From Azolla caroliniana (lineage: Eukaryota; Plantae; Polypodiophyta): a stretch of DNA of 64,000 nt. The position numbers and the translations under genes are program-made. Below, in pieces: positions 25,497 through 39,200 of the stretch. Each line of letters starts with the position of its first letter. The first letter of the stretch is position 1. The stretch lies in contig JBHGNT010000002.1 of assembly GCA_043228905.1 (NCBI GenBank), forward strand, positions 28,334,001 through 28,398,000, in the 5' to 3' direction. The notes under the pieces were generated by a model that saw nothing but the letters and a program-made list of their open reading frames with translations, was not told where the DNA came from and did no database searches.

Positions 25497-28400
25497 GCCC
25501 AAATTACAAAAGCACCAAGATCAACACAGTCCCAGCATTTATTAACAAATTTAAAGATGCTGTAACCTTCTACTAACAATTTAAAATGTAAATCAATGGA
25601 GTAGTTGACATGCTAGTGAAACACTTGAGAGACATGGTAATATGGGCAATCTATTTATTTATCGTCTAGAATATCTTTATATATGCTATTAATGCATGTC
25701 ATGTTTGTTTATCTCCAATGCATTGTGAGCCTATGATTTCCTCAAACTTTGAACTGGTACCATGCTCTAATCGAGTGGTACATGTATATTATACTCATTA
25801 CAAGTAGTCGTGTGTGAAGATGGATGCAAAGGGTGAGAGACCGAGCTGGTCTCATGAATGAAAGAGAGGGCAAACTGCACATGAATGCCAGATAAAGATG
25901 AAAGATAAAGCAGACGATTGGGCATGAACCATACACAAACATAAACTTTCGCATTCAATATGTATTCAAATCAGCATTCAATATGTATTCAAATCAGCCT
26001 TACAAACATTCGACGAAAGAAGTGGTCTAGAAAGTCCCTCAAGGGTAACTTAGTGGAGGTCTAGCCCTAAGGAAAGGGTCTATCTAATGTAGACCAAAGG
26101 ATGGCCATGAAGATCAATTTGAGAAACATAAGCTCCTCATATTCCTTATAGATTACCTGGACAATTATAGGCGATTTTGAAAGATTTGTATCCCTCCTGT
26201 AGCTCTCCATCATGCTATCAAAACTTTCCGGCTTCATGACTTTCTGAGATTGGTTGTCACACCATCACAATTACATTCCAGACTTTCAGATAAATTTTTT
26301 GAAACTCCCTCAATCTCATTGTTTCCCGATACTCTTTTTTCATAAGCATTTCTGGATTTTGGGTCTCATTTCTAGAGCTGCCATCCAATTTCTGAATTGG
26401 GTTCTATCAAATAACCTATTTCTCAAGAATTCCGTTTCTTCGAGCACACTTCTGAGGCAATCACTGTATGAATGTCTCTGGTTGCATGATATTTCTGTCC
26501 ACAATTTTTTTTAAAAAAGCAAAAACAAATCCTGTGCTTTTGAGAATAGCTTTGTACATCCTGATTTTTTGTGGGTTTTCACCTCACATTGTAATATAAA
26601 GCATTGCTAGAAATGGGATTTTTTACAAGAATCGGCTAGCTTTGGGTCATTAGAATGTGTTTCGTATCCAAGCATAACATGAATGGGCTGATTGTTTTAC
26701 TTCATCAAATTTTCAACTACCACCATGTGAGGATGACACACATCCTACATGATTATAGGTCTAGCCTAAATTTGGTATGGAAATTCATGTACAACTCATT
26801 GTGAAGGCCAATTTGGGCATATATAGTATATGAAAAAGACACTTGTGGAAGTGTGCCCCTAACCATCCTGCGCAACGCATTGCATTTCTGAGTTGCTTCT
26901 CATTTGCTATTATTTGGACTTGCAAAAATCAACTACGAGATTCATGACCAAAAACTTCTGGATGTTTCTCGATTCTTTTAAGCAATGTCATTACCTCCTT
27001 GAATATTCTTCCCGCTAGATTATTGTCTACAATAACCATGAGAATATCACACGTATTTTAAGCATGCTTGAGTCATAAGTTATCTATCAATAGATCTAGA
27101 GGGCATGATTTCCCATTTGCTTTGACTTCTTGATCGTGTAATGTTTGAGGGATTGTGGCTTTCCAAATGAAATTGTCGGCAATCATAAACCATAATTCAT
27201 ATTAAAAGTTTCGCAGAAACTTTGAAAATTCCTATTGTTGACAATCCCATACTTCAAATCCAAGAAATTTAAGCTCAACTTTCCCTCCATTTCCATAAGT
27301 CTCAAGCCATACCCAAGAAGGTTGCAGATTGTCATCGTTGCAACTCTCACGAAATGAACACGTGTGGGAGGGCATGTGTGGTTATTACAACGTAATGTGA
27401 AGACCACCAAGGAGTGTTACAAGCTAGATTATTAATTTTTTGGTTTACTTGTGATCCTTGGTCTAATCAATGGCATTACGTGTTATATTCATTGCTATCA
27501 ACATATGCATCTCCATCTAGTATTCCATAGATCTTGATGTTGTAAACATGAGCTATACTACCTCGTGGGTTGGTTAGGTTTTATGCCCATTGATCAGTTG
27601 AAATATACAAATTTGGTATCTTGGATGTATTGCAGCTTTTCATGATGTGTTAAATATGTTTATTTTTCAAGGAAGGACAATTGATTGTTGATTGGCTGTG
27701 TAATAATGAAATGGTCTAAGTCTCAATCAAATGTTTACCATATTAATGACATGCAACCTATGATTCAGATGTTTTGTAGTCATCATTGTTCCTATGGTAA
27801 GGTCATTCAAGAGAGCTATTGAAGATTTTGAACTCTCTCTCACACAGCTTTGGCATTTAAACTCGGCAGCGCTTTCTATTCAAAGTGGTTGGCTTAGATT
27901 AGTAATGAATATGCATTTCTTATGTTTTTATTGATGAACTAAGTAGTTAATTAGTTTTGAGAATGTAGGTATAATCTTTCAATTAAAAAACTTTAATTAA
28001 CTATTTGAGGAGTGAGAGTGATTGCATATTCACCCCACTGATACACTCGAGTGACATTGACACCCTCTTTTGCATGCCAGACAAACTATAGGGTTTTACC
28101 CCACTCAAGCTTTAACATTATAATTTATGATCAGACGACGAATCTCCGAACCTATGTTACTAGGGCAAGCACCCATAAAACTTAACATAATCACATGCAT
28201 ATATTACTCTCATCTCAAACAAAATGTGGCATCCATTGCTCAATGCTTTATGTAAACATTAACAAAGATGGAAAACAAAATTTAAGATTTGAATATCAAA
28301 TTGGCCAAGTCCGTGGTACATCTTAATATGGCTACAGAAAAAATAATGAGGTTATGAGAGCGTGTAGAACACATGGTTGTATTGCATAATCTATTCTTAG

Positions 28401-28613
28401 GAAAAAGCTAAGAGTTCATGCACAAAGACCGCATTTTTTTCACATAGAGAGTTTTTACTACAAAGTAGTACCCCCAAAAGATTCTAAATTTAAGTGAGCT
28501 AAGATTCCATATTTAACAAGGGGGCCTGGCCTGTACACCTTCCTTTCATAACATTTAGGTTCTCTCTTCTCCAAAAGACACAAATTTGATCCTAATCTTT
28601 TAATATAACTAAG

Positions 28614-28720
28614 GTAGGCATTTTCCCTTCTCCCAAAATAGATTCAATTTGCTCTCCAATTTCACAAATTTGGCATTTTCCCTTCTCTCAAAATAGATTC
28701 AATTTGTTCTCCAATTTTAC
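28614..28720. repeat. Two-copy tandem repeat, ~56 bp
   Basis: ggcattttcccttctc..aaaatagattcaatttg.tctccaattt occurs twice. Confidence 0.7.
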
Positions 28721-29901
28721 ATGCTTGTCTGTAACATCAATCTAGTCACTTTTTGCCAATTTAGTTGATTTCAAACCTGGTCAATTCCCAGGTGAACCCT
28801 AACACACTTTTCCCTCCCTTCTAGAAAGACCATGTGTTGATTATCATGGCTTCAATTGATTCCAACAGTTTGACCAACTACAAATATCTTATATTTGACC
28901 AGTACCGCCACACTTTTACTTTGGATTATAAAGATAAACAAGGCTGCTCATTATTAGAGGATTACATATTTGAAGTCTTGTTCAGATGGAGCTCCTAACA
29001 AGGCAAAGTGGACATCCCTATCTTAATGCATGGATTTGTGCTTTTTTATGTGGGGATGAGGCCTACAACTAACGAACTTGGTCCATTCTAAAATGCCTCC
29101 CTACATATGACTCAATGCGAGTGATTTCCAAATTTCCAAGATCAAAAAATTACACCAAACTCAAAATTTGTGCGTTTTGGACATTGATCTAATCACGAAT
29201 GAAATTTATGGAATCTCAAACGTTTCTCTAATAAAATTCGTGAAGAGTTGTTGGGTTTTCTATCTTTCTCGAGGCCAAGATTCAAAGTGATCTCCGAAAC
29301 ATCGAGTGCAAAAAATAGATAATATTTTAAACTAGACTTTTTCCCAAACAATCATGCTCTGTTTCTTTGGGAACAATCAATCCAACATGGTGTCAAAATT
29401 TGAGCATGGTGTAGATTCAGAGTGAGGTCAAGTGTTTGACACGATCAAGAATGATCGAACCTTTGACCGATCAAACATGATCAATCATCCAAATAATAGT
29501 GGTTCAAGTGTGAGACTAGGAATTGATTGATTAATGAGTGCGGTAAGTATCAAAGCTTGTTCGATTGGCGCATGGAATGAGTGTGGTATGAAGGAAGTCT
29601 CGACACTTGGAAGGATGGATGGAACATGTTCCGTGGAAAAGGAGGAGGAGAGGAGGGTGTTGAACTAGTCTTGGTACATAAAGAAGAAGTGCAAAGACTT
29701 GGGACTCTACATACATACTGATACACCATAGTATGTATGTGTGTATGTATAGTGAGACTAGGCCCTCCTCCTTCGGTCTTTTCTTCTATCTTTGGTTGAA
29801 TTTGGAATGAAATGCGCTTAATTATTCAGCTTTTTGGATTCCTTCGCCCTGACCAAGTATATGCCATATCCATCTCTGTTTTTCAGCATCGCTTCTGAAG
29901 C

Positions 29902-31269
29902 ATGCATATGGTGGACACAAACCCTCCTGCAGGGCTTACAAAACATGGCCTTATGTTGCAACCTATTATAGATACAAACCCTAACCCTAATACGAAAAAT
30001 AGCCCTAGTATACAACACCACCTCCCAAACCCTAATTATAACCATACCCTCACAAACCCTATGTACGATCCTCATCCTAACACTGACCCTAACCTTCACC
30101 CAAATCCAAAGCTTGAGTATTATAATCCTAATCCTAAGACTAACCTTGATCCAAACCCTAACTACAATCTTAATCTTAATCCTGTCCCTAGCCCTAACCC
30201 TACACACCGTCACATATCATCGGTATCAAAAGCCACACCATTATCACTATCAATGAGTCCCCGTGATAATTTTTCGGCGTCAATATGCCGGTCTCTCGGC
30301 CCTCATGGCAAAGTGCTTCTTAAACATTCTGACCGCTTCGACACAATGTCCGCCTTAGACATCATGCGTGAATCGGTGACCTTAATCCGTGCAGATTCGA
30401 CCATCCACATGTCCATCATGGCCATCTTGATCTTCCCTTCCTCCATTTTTCTCCTCTCTCGTGCATCGCTACACTTAATGGTAATGTCTAGCCATTTGTT
30501 GTCACCCATTTCTCGAGCCATGGGTTGGGCTAGCTTTCTCTATGGCTCCCCCATGGGATCTTTATATGAGTCGCTTTCCCATCCCATTGTTTACTATGCA
30601 TTGGCCGCCCCTATTCTCTTCACCATCATGTTATTGGCAAAAGCAAGTATAGCCTATTCCATTGCTTACACATATTCGGAAAAGCCCCATTCACTTGTCA
30701 TTGCCATCACGACCGGTGCTCGGGCATGGAAACGTGCCTTTTCGACATGCTTATGGAGTTCCTTACTTCTTTTCGGATGTGGTTCTATCGCCTCAATCAT
30801 TTTCTCGTCCATAATCAGCCTTCTACATGAGTTGAGATTCTCCAGTGACCTTATACTCCTTACGAAGCTCGCCTTGGGATTATTTTACTCGGTCATATTT
30901 GTGCACATCGTGGTAGTTGGAAATCTTGCGAGCACCATCTCGATCCTAGACGAACGATCAAGTTTCATCGCGCTTGTGGAGTCTTTCCACATGATTAAAG
31001 GGAAAATTCACGTTGCGTTGTCATTGTTTTTTGTTTCAACAATTACCACAAGTATGGTAGAAAGCCTATATGAATATAGAGTAATTGGTATCCCACCAAG
31101 TAACTATGCTATAACCACAGGTTCAAGAATGTGGGAAGGGCCATTGCTCATGTTCATGTACTCATTTTTGTTGCTTCTCGATGTCGTCATGGGGACTATA
31201 CTCTATTTTGTGTGTAGATCGGAGAATGTTCAACTCTTTAGTCCCCAAGTCGACTCATTTGATGTTTGA
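29902..31269 (+). CDS. Intronless multi-pass membrane protein, At1g26650/At1g69430-like, with Asn-Pro-rich N-terminus
   Basis: 455-aa ORF; MSALDIMRESVTLIR, IKGKIHVAL and GSRMWEGPLLMFMYSFLLLLD..YFVCR match the family as recalled; several hydrophobic segments. Confidence 0.85.
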   Translation: MHMVDTNPPAGLTKHGLMLQPIIDTNPNPNTKNSPSIQHHLPNPNYNHTLTNPMYDPHPNTDPNLHPNPKLEYYNPNPKTNLDPNPNYNLNLNPVPSPNPTHRHISSVSKATPLSLSMSPRDNFSASICRSLGPHGKVLLKHSDRFDTMSALDIMRESVTLIRADSTIHMSIMAILIFPSSIFLLSRASLHLMVMSSHLLSPISRAMGWASFLYGSPMGSLYESLSHPIVYYALAAPILFTIMLLAKASIAYSIAYTYSEKPHSLVIAITTGARAWKRAFSTCLWSSLLLFGCGSIASIIFSSIISLLHELRFSSDLILLTKLALGLFYSVIFVHIVVVGNLASTISILDERSSFIALVESFHMIKGKIHVALSLFFVSTITTSMVESLYEYRVIGIPPSNYAITTGSRMWEGPLLMFMYSFLLLLDVVMGTILYFVCRSENVQLFSPQVDSFDV

Positions 31270-32334
31270 GATTTGGAAAGCCCACAGTCATATCAAACAA
31301 GCTTTCGGAAGTTGTATTATGGCCATGAAAGTTAAGGTAGTACCTAGGGGTAGCTCCAATACACAACTACAATTGGAATTCCCTTTGAAATGAATAAATT
31401 TTGTAAACTATGAACGAGGGAATATAAGTCCCATTATCCAATATACATTTCATCAATTCACATAAACTTAGTACACATTTACATAATTAATATCATTTAT
31501 GGTTTGATTCAATGCCCAATCAAAAGTGCTTCTCCTAGCTATTGGAATCCAACTTTCCCAATGGACTAACATTTCCTCTTAAGACAAATTCAGGTCCTAG
31601 TTTTGGATGGACATAAATCTAGTAACCAGACAACTACATTAGACACCCAAAATGGGAAACCCTTGAAACTTCAATGACTTTTCTTATTATTAATGTGATG
31701 TATACATTGAACATTCAAAATATATCTCATGATATCTTCATGTTACTCGCAAATGTACTGTTTGTCCCTTCCTAAGAATAAGATCTATAATTCATGATTT
31801 TACCTTGTACAACACTCAAAATCGTGGAAAAAAGGTATCGTTGCTTTTACTTCTATCTTAGACACGAATTTTTACATCTCTTTGATACTCTTTTGTTGGC
31901 ATTGTAGCCATATATAGGTATGCAATAAATTGATTTCAAATGTGCATTCCTAAACAAGCTTGATATGTGAGGTTTTCTTCATCTTTCAAGTTGGGCATGC
32001 ATCTCAACAATGAACTTCGTTGAAAAGCATCTTGGAAATATGGTCATTAATATTAGCTTCTAGGGTGTAACTTGGAGTACACAAAGACATGATGATCTTG
32101 ATCTTTTTACATCTTTAAGGCAATAGACTAATGCCCGATGATGTTAAATATCATATCCCTATTAGGTTTAACATCCAAGAAATAAATAGATAGATAGACA
32201 GATAGATTCTGTTATCGTCTTTGGAGGTCAAATATAACCTATGAGACCAAAAATATTACATTTCACGTAATACATGTGAAAGTGAGTAGCGAATCTCAAT
32301 GTTCAAGAACTTTACAAATGAATGTTGCATTTTG

Positions 32335-32705
32335 TAATCTTGTTACTAGACACCAATACAATGAGTATTTTGTTTAATTTACACATAATGACCATGCTTC
32401 ATAGATAGAGATCATTTTTTTCTCTTTTTAAGATTTTGGGGATTGAGTCATAGTTGGAATATTTACAATGCTTTCAAGTTGATTTGGCAGTTTTGCTAAT
32501 TAGAGTGAGAGAGATGTGGTGGATTTTGTGATCTTGTTACTAGACACCAAGACAATGAGTATTTTGTTTAATTTACACCTAATGACCATGCTTCATAGAT
32601 AGAGATCATTTTTTTCTCTTTTTAAGATTTTGGGGATTTAGTCAAAGACTCATAGTTGGAATATTTACAATGCTTTCAAGTTTATGTATTTGGCAATTTT
32701 GCTAA
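32335..32705. repeat. Tandem duplication, ~195 bp period
   Basis: atcttgttactagacaccaa..ttggaatatttacaatgctttcaagtt occurs at ~32337 and ~32531. Confidence 0.8.
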
Positions 32706-32819
32706 CTAGAGTGAGTAAATGAGATTCTCTCTTTGGTGGACTATTCTTCCTATCTATTGGTGCCGACACTAAATTGTGTTCAAGTATCATTTTAGTTTCA
32801 CGTGCAATTAATATACATA

Positions 32820-32821
<2 letters not shown>

Positions 32822-32893
<72 letters not shown>
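32822..32893. repeat. (TG)n(AG)n microsatellite
   Basis: Direct reading. Confidence 0.95.
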
Positions 32894-35800
32894 CAATGAC
32901 TTTTACAAACACCTTCATGGTTGCAAATCATTAAAATGTTAATTTTATTAGAACTTAGAACACTATAGTATTACATAGAAAATTGTCTAAAAGGTATCAA
33001 ATTATCAATAATAAATTGTCGTTGAAAATTAAACATATTGTGCGTGTCCCAATATTTAAGTCATCATGAGAAGTTAGAATACAACCAATTTTTTATCTTT
33101 CAAGTGATTTATTGAAGCGAATACACTCTATTGTTGCATACATAGGGAGGTCAAGTGTGTGTGTGCCCATACATATATAACACATAATAGTAGCATCACA
33201 TTTTAAAGGTATGTAAATAATTGTGCCCATACATATATAATACATAATAGTAGCATCACATTTTACGGGTAAATAATCTCCCAATGCCTTGAACTAATTT
33301 ATAGGATGTGACAGTATCTAGCTTTGATTGAGATCCATTTCATTCAAGTAGAATGTGCACGCAATAAAAATCTAAGAAAGTTTAAACTCTTATCCACATT
33401 CATGACTTCGTCATGTCTACAAATGCACATGTTATAATGATTTTGTAATCTTAGATACGTGTAGTTAATTTCTCTTGAATTAGATGGAAACAAGGATTGT
33501 CTCATGTGCCATTTGAGAGAAAGACTTGTACAAAGTAGCACATGTTGGCTTGTGAGGGAGACAATAATTCATTTGCTCGATACACTATTACTCATAATGA
33601 TAAATCTAGAAATTGATATTAACGCAAATTATTTTACAATATTTTCAAAGATATGTGTCTCAAGCAACACCACCAAAAATAATAGAAGAATTGTGCTTTT
33701 CATATACTAGACAATAACGCATGTACGTAGCTCTAGAATAGAATGCATGTGCATATGTACTTAAGGAATGTCGTGAGATCCAGGTTGTGAATATCATTAC
33801 CTTATAACTCTCCTAGATCTAGATTTTACAATGTCTCAAGGACACATCTAGATTTTACAATGTTTGAAGGACACCTTTATTCGTTCAAAGGTGCTTGCAA
33901 AGATGTAGATTAGTGGTTCGAGAATTAGAAGATGAGAAAGTTTTGAAACTTGATTATGATTGCGGGTGACACAATTGTGATTGATGTGATCGACTGTAAG
34001 CAAAGGATCATGATTGAGAATCTACTTATATGTACGTAACATCTAATACTTGTGTGAGAGTTGGTTTGGTAGATTTTACTCCCTTTAAGAAGTTTTGGTT
34101 AGGGAACCCTTTTCATTTTGTAGATTGTACACATTATTTAGAGAGGGCAAGGTCTCAAGTGAACATCAACCATTACACATTAAACATTTCTTGTTTATTG
34201 AAGCCCAATTCAACCACAAAGATGAAATGAGGTATTTTGAGAGGCCACAATTGTGTATCCTCCTCAAATTAAATGGTGAGGCAATTTGAACGTGTACAAC
34301 TGAAGATTCGACTATTGATAAATATGGAAGTTTAAACTATTTTATTTCTAACTAATATCTCAGAATATTCTTCGTTAAATATTAAACTAATGAAATATAC
34401 TCAACTACTTGGCGTCATGTGTATGGGGGTAAACAAATGTCTATGAGTCCCCTATAGAACAAATTTCCAAATGTTGATCCACTTGGATTGTTAGCAACCT
34501 TAAGAAATGTATATGGATAATGGTCCCATAATTATCACATTTGTTAGTTCTTCTTCATTGGAATTGCACTCAAACAATGGCATTCGTGGTTAAAGAAGGA
34601 TATAATCATTTCAAATACCTTGGGATGCAATTGCTTGGGCCGTGAAAACATAAGGTTGTTATCAAAAGAAATTTGGAGGGTGGGGCCATGAGGGCCTCAC
34701 ATTTGTGGAATGTTTTTGTCTCAAATGCAATTAATGTCTAACTAAGAAGAAGGATTGTATATCATTTTCATATACACTAAAGAGATTAGTGAAGGTTTTA
34801 ATTGTACTATACCGTTTAGATATTCAAAAGCAATATATCTTAGAGATTATTTAGTGGCAAATGATGAATCTTGCTTCTAAAGCATCTCAATACAAAATAT
34901 AGCTTGGAGAAAAATAACAATGAAGTTAAGTTTTTGCATATTAACCAACATTTTCCAAAGGGTTTGGGACATATCATGGATCCCAACCAAACCATTCAGT
35001 GGTAAGCTTTGCCACCTTGATTTCTAATAGAGTCATAACATTGATATCAAATGTGACCTTGACCTTAAGAACCTTCTCCATATTTGGAGGGTGTTATTCG
35101 ACATAATGAATTACACTCTTGATTATTGCATACTTTCTCATCTTTGTAATACATCATCTCACAATTTAAGGGCTTTACCATAGTCAAACAACCTCAAAGC
35201 ATCAACTTAATTAAGTGAGAATTGAATATGTAAAATGATGCAATAAAGTCTATCACTTTATCACCACCAGAATTAACAACTTAATGTATTTTAAAATAAC
35301 ATGAACATATCTAAGGAGTTTAATATCATAGTTAAAGGGTGAATGCAAGTCGATTCACATATATATGACCATAGTTAGCAACATAAAAATATTTGAGGCG
35401 TTTAATGTTAAGAGTATAGTGCTATGAACATAGTTGATGAGAACGATTACTTATCAATCTAGTTAATGGCAATAGTGCAACAATTACTTAAGTCGATTAT
35501 GTGAAATGAATAGGAAGATTTCGTTCAATGCACCACTTGCATTGTTGTTTTTTTCCCAAAAAAACACTACTTCGCATTAGTTAGCAAATCACTTGCATTG
35601 TTAATGAAAACCCCAACCAAATTGGGAATGGCTAGACTAGAAACATTTGTGTAAAGGAACAAAATCTAACAACAAATATACATTTTTTTCTCATTATTTC
35701 CTATTAATTCATGCATGAAATGGGAACTTCAACCATTACCCAAAGAACAATATCCTTGTACCTAGTGAGAATCAAATGCATCAAAAGAATCATCACATGC

Positions 35801-36161
35801 ATGTATATTTTGGAATGTCAAATATATTGCCATAAGTACCTTGAGCCTTGTTGCCATATCCATCAAAAGCGAATGGATCACCAAAGTTTATTGCAAGAGT
35901 GCATGGTCTTTGTTGCTCAAGGTATTTGAACTGTATAGGAACACAAAAAAAGCCAATACTAGCCAAATGCATTCAATTATATGGAGGTCATTTTAGTGTG
36001 TCATAAATGCATGCAATGTTGGCATATACATATTTATATTAATATATATATATATAGGCAACTTGAACCTCTATAAAAAATACAATGAAAGTTAAGTAAG
36101 CTTGAACTCAAAACCTATACCTAACAAAGATAAACATGCCTAGAAGAATTTACAAGTTAGA

Positions 36162-36162
36162 G

Positions 36163-36212
<50 letters not shown>
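36162..36212. repeat. (CT)n(CA)n microsatellite
   Basis: Direct reading. Confidence 0.95.
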
Positions 36213-36214
<2 letters not shown>

Positions 36215-39200
36215 ATTAATAAGCAACGTTAGGCATGACACGGGGGTTTGGAACTATAAGAAAGCATATACAATTAAAATATAATGAGAATTCACATTAT
36301 TTATTTATGATCTCAATAATACTTATTTGAATGATTACAAAAGCGATCCAAAATTTGTTATGTATACAATTGTAATTTGTAACTATATTTGTGCAAGTAA
36401 GTATGTATGGGTGCATATGATCTTCATTAGTTGATTAGTACAACACTTGTGCGCATCCCAAGCCTGCCCAATAGATTATTGTCAATGATTATCTATATGA
36501 TTAATTCCATAAAAATGAAGCACTCAAACTAAGTATTATTATAATATTGTAGAATGTGCTCCAAATATTAATAACAAAACACATATTTATGATGAAAGAG
36601 TATGTATGCACTAGACAGGCTTGAGTTGTGCACAAGTTTTGGGCTCACCAACACCTTGCAACCAATACTTGAGTTAACAAGGTATCAACTTCTATCAACT
36701 TATATAAGAGATCAAACTTAGAGAGAAAACTTAGAGAGAGAGAGAGTAGAGATTATTTTCCACAAACCACCATCACTTGGAATCATCTATCATCATTGTT
36801 CATCATCAACAACTTCCAACATCATTTGTCATGTATGACCATCAACATCACCCATCATCATCATAAATGCATGCATGCATCGACCATGACCCAAACATAG
36901 ACCCAAAGGACGTGAAAAGGACAAGGAAGCCAACCCTTTCAACATAACCCTACACATCATGTATATAAAAATGAGTTTTAAGACAGCCCATCACTTTATA
37001 TTTCTTATTTTATTTTATATTTTATATTTTATCAATTTTTAGTCAGATTGGTTTTTGGAAGTTCAGCGCTATAGGTAGTAAAACTTGGACCCCATGCCAT
37101 TGCCCATACTTTCATACAACCTTGGGATTCACAAAAGAGAAAATGAAATAAAAACCAACCTTTTACTTACCGTTTGCCATTTGTGGTGAAACTTTAAGCC
37201 TCCACATTTCCTTTTGCTTTTCATAAAACTTGCAAAGCCAGCACTCCCCCCTCCTCTATAGCCTGCCTACCTATGGGTAGAAAGGCAAAAAGTAGATTGA
37301 TTCTATTTGCCTCTTCATATCATGGTCAAATTAGAATACTTTGAATGCTTAACACTTTGGATTCTATGGGGATACTTCCAAATAACTTTGCTAGCTAGTC
37401 TTCTAAGTGGATATTTGTTTATTTTCCCATAATTCGCTTTAGACATCTTGACAACCATGTGAATGCAAGAGACATTGCAAGTCGGGTGGCCAACCGCATA
37501 AAGGATATCCTTGCAATAATCACTTGATCTATCTCCAACAATATTTTAACACTCATGGTTCAAGTTGTGTACACTCAATTTTCATTAATGATCTTGTTAT
37601 TGCTCTTGTAGAAAGGCCATCTAATAAATTTGGATGAATTTCTTGCTCAATTGTAAGTAAATTGAACTCACTTTATCATCATAAATATTTTCACATAAAT
37701 CAAAGTAACATGTTTTCTCTAAACTATTCTCTTTTTATTGGTCATACTAGAAAATGAGTAAAGTAAAATCTAGACGATATGCACATGAATACTTTGTTTT
37801 TGGGTTTTAAATGCATCATTTTATTTTTAGGGCTAATTGCATGAACACAGTCCGGTGTAAGAAACAAATATGTCAACATATTTATTATAGAGTTAAAATG
37901 TACGTAAATGGTCATTATGAATAAAGTTCGCAATTTAGAATTACTCAATACATACAATTTAAGCTTCTATAATATCTTCAATTATTATCAAGTATGAAGA
38001 AGATCTTAGTCTAATCTCATGTTAGGACATTTTAATAATTTAAAGTAATATTTGGAACTCGGTAATATCGACAAAGCATATTCTGACTACCTTTCATTCT
38101 ATGGAATAATTGTTACCTTCACATAAGTATATATAGAAGAACCAAGACCTAGAATTTGTGAGATTTTGCTTTTACCTTTCAACTTTTTAAATAGAATTAT
38201 ATGGAGAATGTGAGTGGGATTCATGATTCAACAAATTTGTGTAGTAAAAATGTTGACTTTTGAAGTATATTAGTCCATATTTTTGTCACAAAAAGTTGAA
38301 AGCTTTTATCGTTAACAACGAAAGTTTGTTTTTTGAATGGGTACTTGCATATGCATATCACAACATTGTTATTTTGGCCAAATAATTTGTTTTACACTAG
38401 ATGTGTATATGCATATGAGAAAGATGGTAGACTTGTATCAACAAAATAATGGAAGGTTACCATGATGAGATCCATGAGTCCACTCCCCATCAAACAATCA
38501 AAACATCTATTGTGGAAGTTGGTGATAGCAACAAATGGCATCAATTCACAAGGTTCCATCATCTCTCACTCTACCCATAATCAATATTGGTTCTCGCCCA
38601 CTTTTACAATGCAGTTTTGTCTGATGTTATAATTGGCCATGTATGAAGTGTTCGTTGTGTTAGCCTCATCTACTCAATGATTGGGTCTACTACAATTCAA
38701 GGCATTCATGGCCTACATTCATTGCCATATGTATACTTGCAACATTTTGGGAGTGAAATTGTGATTGAAATTGGAAGCCAAACCCTTTCCTTTAGCTCTA
38801 GCGATCCCAAAAAACATTGACAACTGAAATGCACTAGTTATTGGCATTGACAACACCAGGTTTGTGAATAAGGGTTAAGTTTAACCATTCCTTTGATCAC
38901 ATGTGGGGCCGTACTTAGTCTTAGGAAATCTAGAACCTAACATTCTACTATGGATCGATATGTGTTTGAGATGGTGATTTGGCATTCTCGTGTCTTGGGA
39001 ATCTACAAGAAGGGTGTGAAAGATGCAAGTAGAACCACAAGAACCTGAATCTAGGAAGATGGAATTGAAAACTTTGCCGATGAAGGTTTGTGGGAGTTGG
39101 ACAGGTGTGTCTACGCATGCAAGTGCTTATGATGATCTTTTGCCTTCAGTTCATACTACATAATATGCGTGTTTAATTAACGAAGTGTGTGTGCATTTGC

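Noticed and set aside
34600-37520. Faint LINE-like peptides (WDAIAW..KKFGGWG; IASRVANRIKDIL)
   Set aside because: Too short and degenerate to call without a profile search.
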